Shown here piece after piece: positions 39,801-41,427 of a stretch of 41,427 nt of DNA. This DNA comes from Myxococcota bacterium (GTDB lineage Bacteria; Myxococcota_A; Polyangia; Polyangiales; Sandaracinaceae), in NCBI GenBank assembly GCA_036149055.1, contig JAYZQJ010000147.1, forward strand, positions 1-41,427, given 5' to 3'. The notes under the pieces were generated by a model that searched no databases, was not told the origin of the DNA, and saw only the letters and a program-made list of their open reading frames with translations. Every line of letters begins with the position of its first letter. Position 1 is the stretch's first letter. Made by a program: the position numbers and the translations under genes.

Positions 39801-41216
39801 ATGCCTCGTCAGCGCGGCTTCATTCGACCACTCCACAACAAGACCGGGCTCGTCCAGCGGCTCCTCGACGCCACCTGGATCGTGCTCGCCCACGTCCTCG
39901 CCTTCGCGGTCTACGACCACGCCGGCACCTGGGACGCCCACCACACCGTCGCCACCGGCGGCGCGGTGCTCGTCTTCCTCTTCCTCGCGGAGGCGGGCGG
40001 GCTCTACCGCATGTGGCGCGGGGTGCCGCTGCACAAGGAGCTCGTCCGGGTGTGGGCGGTCTGGGGTGGGGTGCTCACCGCGCTCCTCCTCGCGGCCTTC
40101 TTCACCAAGGAGTCGGCGACCTTCAGCCGGGTGGCGACCCTCGGCTGGTTCCTCGGCGCGCCGGCCAGCATCAGCCTGGGCCGCGGGCTGCTCCGCCTCG
40201 CGCTCCAGGAGGCGCGCAAGCGCGGCCGCAACATGCGGCGCGCGGCGGTGATCGGCATGACCGAGATGGGTGAGCGGGTCGCGGCGCACCTCGCCGAGAC
40301 CCCGTGGCTCGGCATGGAGATGGTCGGCTTCTTCGACGACCGCACCCCCGAGCGCCTGCACACGCCCGACGACGATCTGCCGGATCTGATGGGCACGTTC
40401 GACGACGCGGTGCGCATGGCCCGCGAGGGCGAGCTCGACATCGTCTACATCGCGCTCCCGATGCGGGCCGAGCCGCGGGTGCAGAAGCTGCTCCGCGACC
40501 TCGCCGACTCCACCGCGAGCGTCTACGTGGTGCCGGACTTCTTCGTCTTCGACCTGCTGCACGGCCGGTGGAGCGCGCTCGACGACATCCCGGTGGTCAG
40601 CGTCTTCGAGACCCCGTTCTACGGCGTCGACGGCTGGGTGAAGCGGCTCGAGGACATCGTGCTCGGCACGATCTTCCTGACGATCGCGGCGGTGCCGATG
40701 GCGATCATCGCGCTGCTGGTGAAGCTCACCAGCAAGGGGCCGGTCTTCTTCAAGCAGCGCCGCTACGGCCTCGACGGCGAGATCATCCACGTCCTCAAGT
40801 TCCGCTCGATGACGGTCGCGGAGGACGGCGCGAAGGTGAAGCAGGCGAAGAAGAACGACAGCCGCATCACCCCGGTGGGGGCGATCCTGCGCCGCCTGTC
40901 GCTCGACGAGCTCCCGCAGCTCTTCCACGTGGTGACCGGCTCGATGAGCCTCGTCGGCCCGCGCCCTCACGCGGTCGCCCACAACGAGGCGTACCGCAAG
41001 CGCATCCACGGCTACATGCTCCGCCACAAGGTGAAGCCCGGCCTCACCGGCTGGGCTCAGGTGAACGGCTGGCGCGGCGAGACCGACACGCTCGAGAAGA
41101 TGGAGAAGCGCGTCGAGCACGACCTCGAGTACATCCGGCGCTGGGGCCTCTGGTTCGATCTGAAGATCATCCTGCTCACCGTCTTCAGCCCGAAGGTTCA
41201 TCGGAACGCGTACTGA
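39801..41216 (+). CDS. wcaJ: Undecaprenyl-phosphate glucose phosphotransferase (WcaJ/GumD-type priming transferase)
   Basis: Four N-terminal TMs and a CoA-binding-like domain, then KRLEDI, GPVFFKQRRYG, KFRSM, SLDELPQL, SLVGPRPHA, VKPGLTGWAQVNG.RGET and DLEYI. Upstream in-frame ATGs at 39723 and 39741 are possible starts. Confidence 0.93.
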   Translation: MPRQRGFIRPLHNKTGLVQRLLDATWIVLAHVLAFAVYDHAGTWDAHHTVATGGAVLVFLFLAEAGGLYRMWRGVPLHKELVRVWAVWGGVLTALLLAAFFTKESATFSRVATLGWFLGAPASISLGRGLLRLALQEARKRGRNMRRAAVIGMTEMGERVAAHLAETPWLGMEMVGFFDDRTPERLHTPDDDLPDLMGTFDDAVRMAREGELDIVYIALPMRAEPRVQKLLRDLADSTASVYVVPDFFVFDLLHGRWSALDDIPVVSVFETPFYGVDGWVKRLEDIVLGTIFLTIAAVPMAIIALLVKLTSKGPVFFKQRRYGLDGEIIHVLKFRSMTVAEDGAKVKQAKKNDSRITPVGAILRRLSLDELPQLFHVVTGSMSLVGPRPHAVAHNEAYRKRIHGYMLRHKVKPGLTGWAQVNGWRGETDTLEKMEKRVEHDLEYIRRWGLWFDLKIILLTVFSPKVHRNAY

Positions 41217-41224
41217 GGCTTGCT

Positions 41225-41422
41225 GGGAGGGGCTTTCAGCCCCTCCCCCCCGCTGCGCCGGCAGACCTGTCTCCGCTCCGGGTGCTCCGCACCCTCCGCA
41301 GAGAGAGGTCAGCCGGCTCCGCGGGGCCCCCCCACCCAATTGCCGGCGACGTCGCTTCGCTCGTCGCCGGTGTCCCGCGCTCCTCACCCTCGAACAGGGC
41401 GCGTGAGCCACGCGGCTCGCGC
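41225..41422. repeat. Multi-hairpin intergenic element downstream of wcaJ (REP/BIME-like, may include the terminator)
   Basis: Perfect 10-bp hairpin at 41225-41247. 15/17-bp arms at 41257-41273 and 41301-41317 enclose GGGTGC-TCC-GCACCC. A 9-bp stem at 41343-41370 and another at 41401-41422. Confidence 0.6.
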
Positions 41423-41427
41423 TCGCG

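Overview
This is a very GC-rich window whose gene content looks myxobacterial (Polyangiales/Sandaracinaceae-like; taxonomy is inferred from the many short lipoproteins with PDAG/DSG-type linkers). Most of it is a Wzx/Wzy-type exopolysaccharide or capsule locus. It contains rfbBACD, a Wzy/O-antigen-ligase-like polymerase, GT4, GT2 and GT-C glycosyltransferases, Wzx, PssD/PssE, an NDP-sugar epimerase, AsnB, a Wzc-like co-polymerase, a Wza/OPX protein and WcaJ. The notable feature is that two thiotemplate (carrier-protein) modules sit inside the glycan locus. (i) A single-module NRPS with formyltransferase, a glycine-type adenylation domain split by a luciferase-like monooxygenase, and a PCP (no intact C domain, no TE) lies with a PPTase between wza and wzc. 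(ii) An AurF-type diiron oxygenase, a free ACP, a DltA-like ligase and a polysaccharide deacetylase lie next to a GNAT-like protein and a 2OG-Fe(II) oxygenase. Together these suggest carrier-protein-dependent, oxidative tailoring of the polysaccharide; this is inference. About 8.7 kb (17313-26035) is a run of seven consecutive predicted lipoprotein genes. It includes two paralogous beta-helix-like proteins, a lipase, and a translationally coupled three-gene operon with two different di-heme cytochrome c enzymes. Several structured intergenic repeats are present. No rRNA, tRNA, CRISPR array or transposase was recognised.
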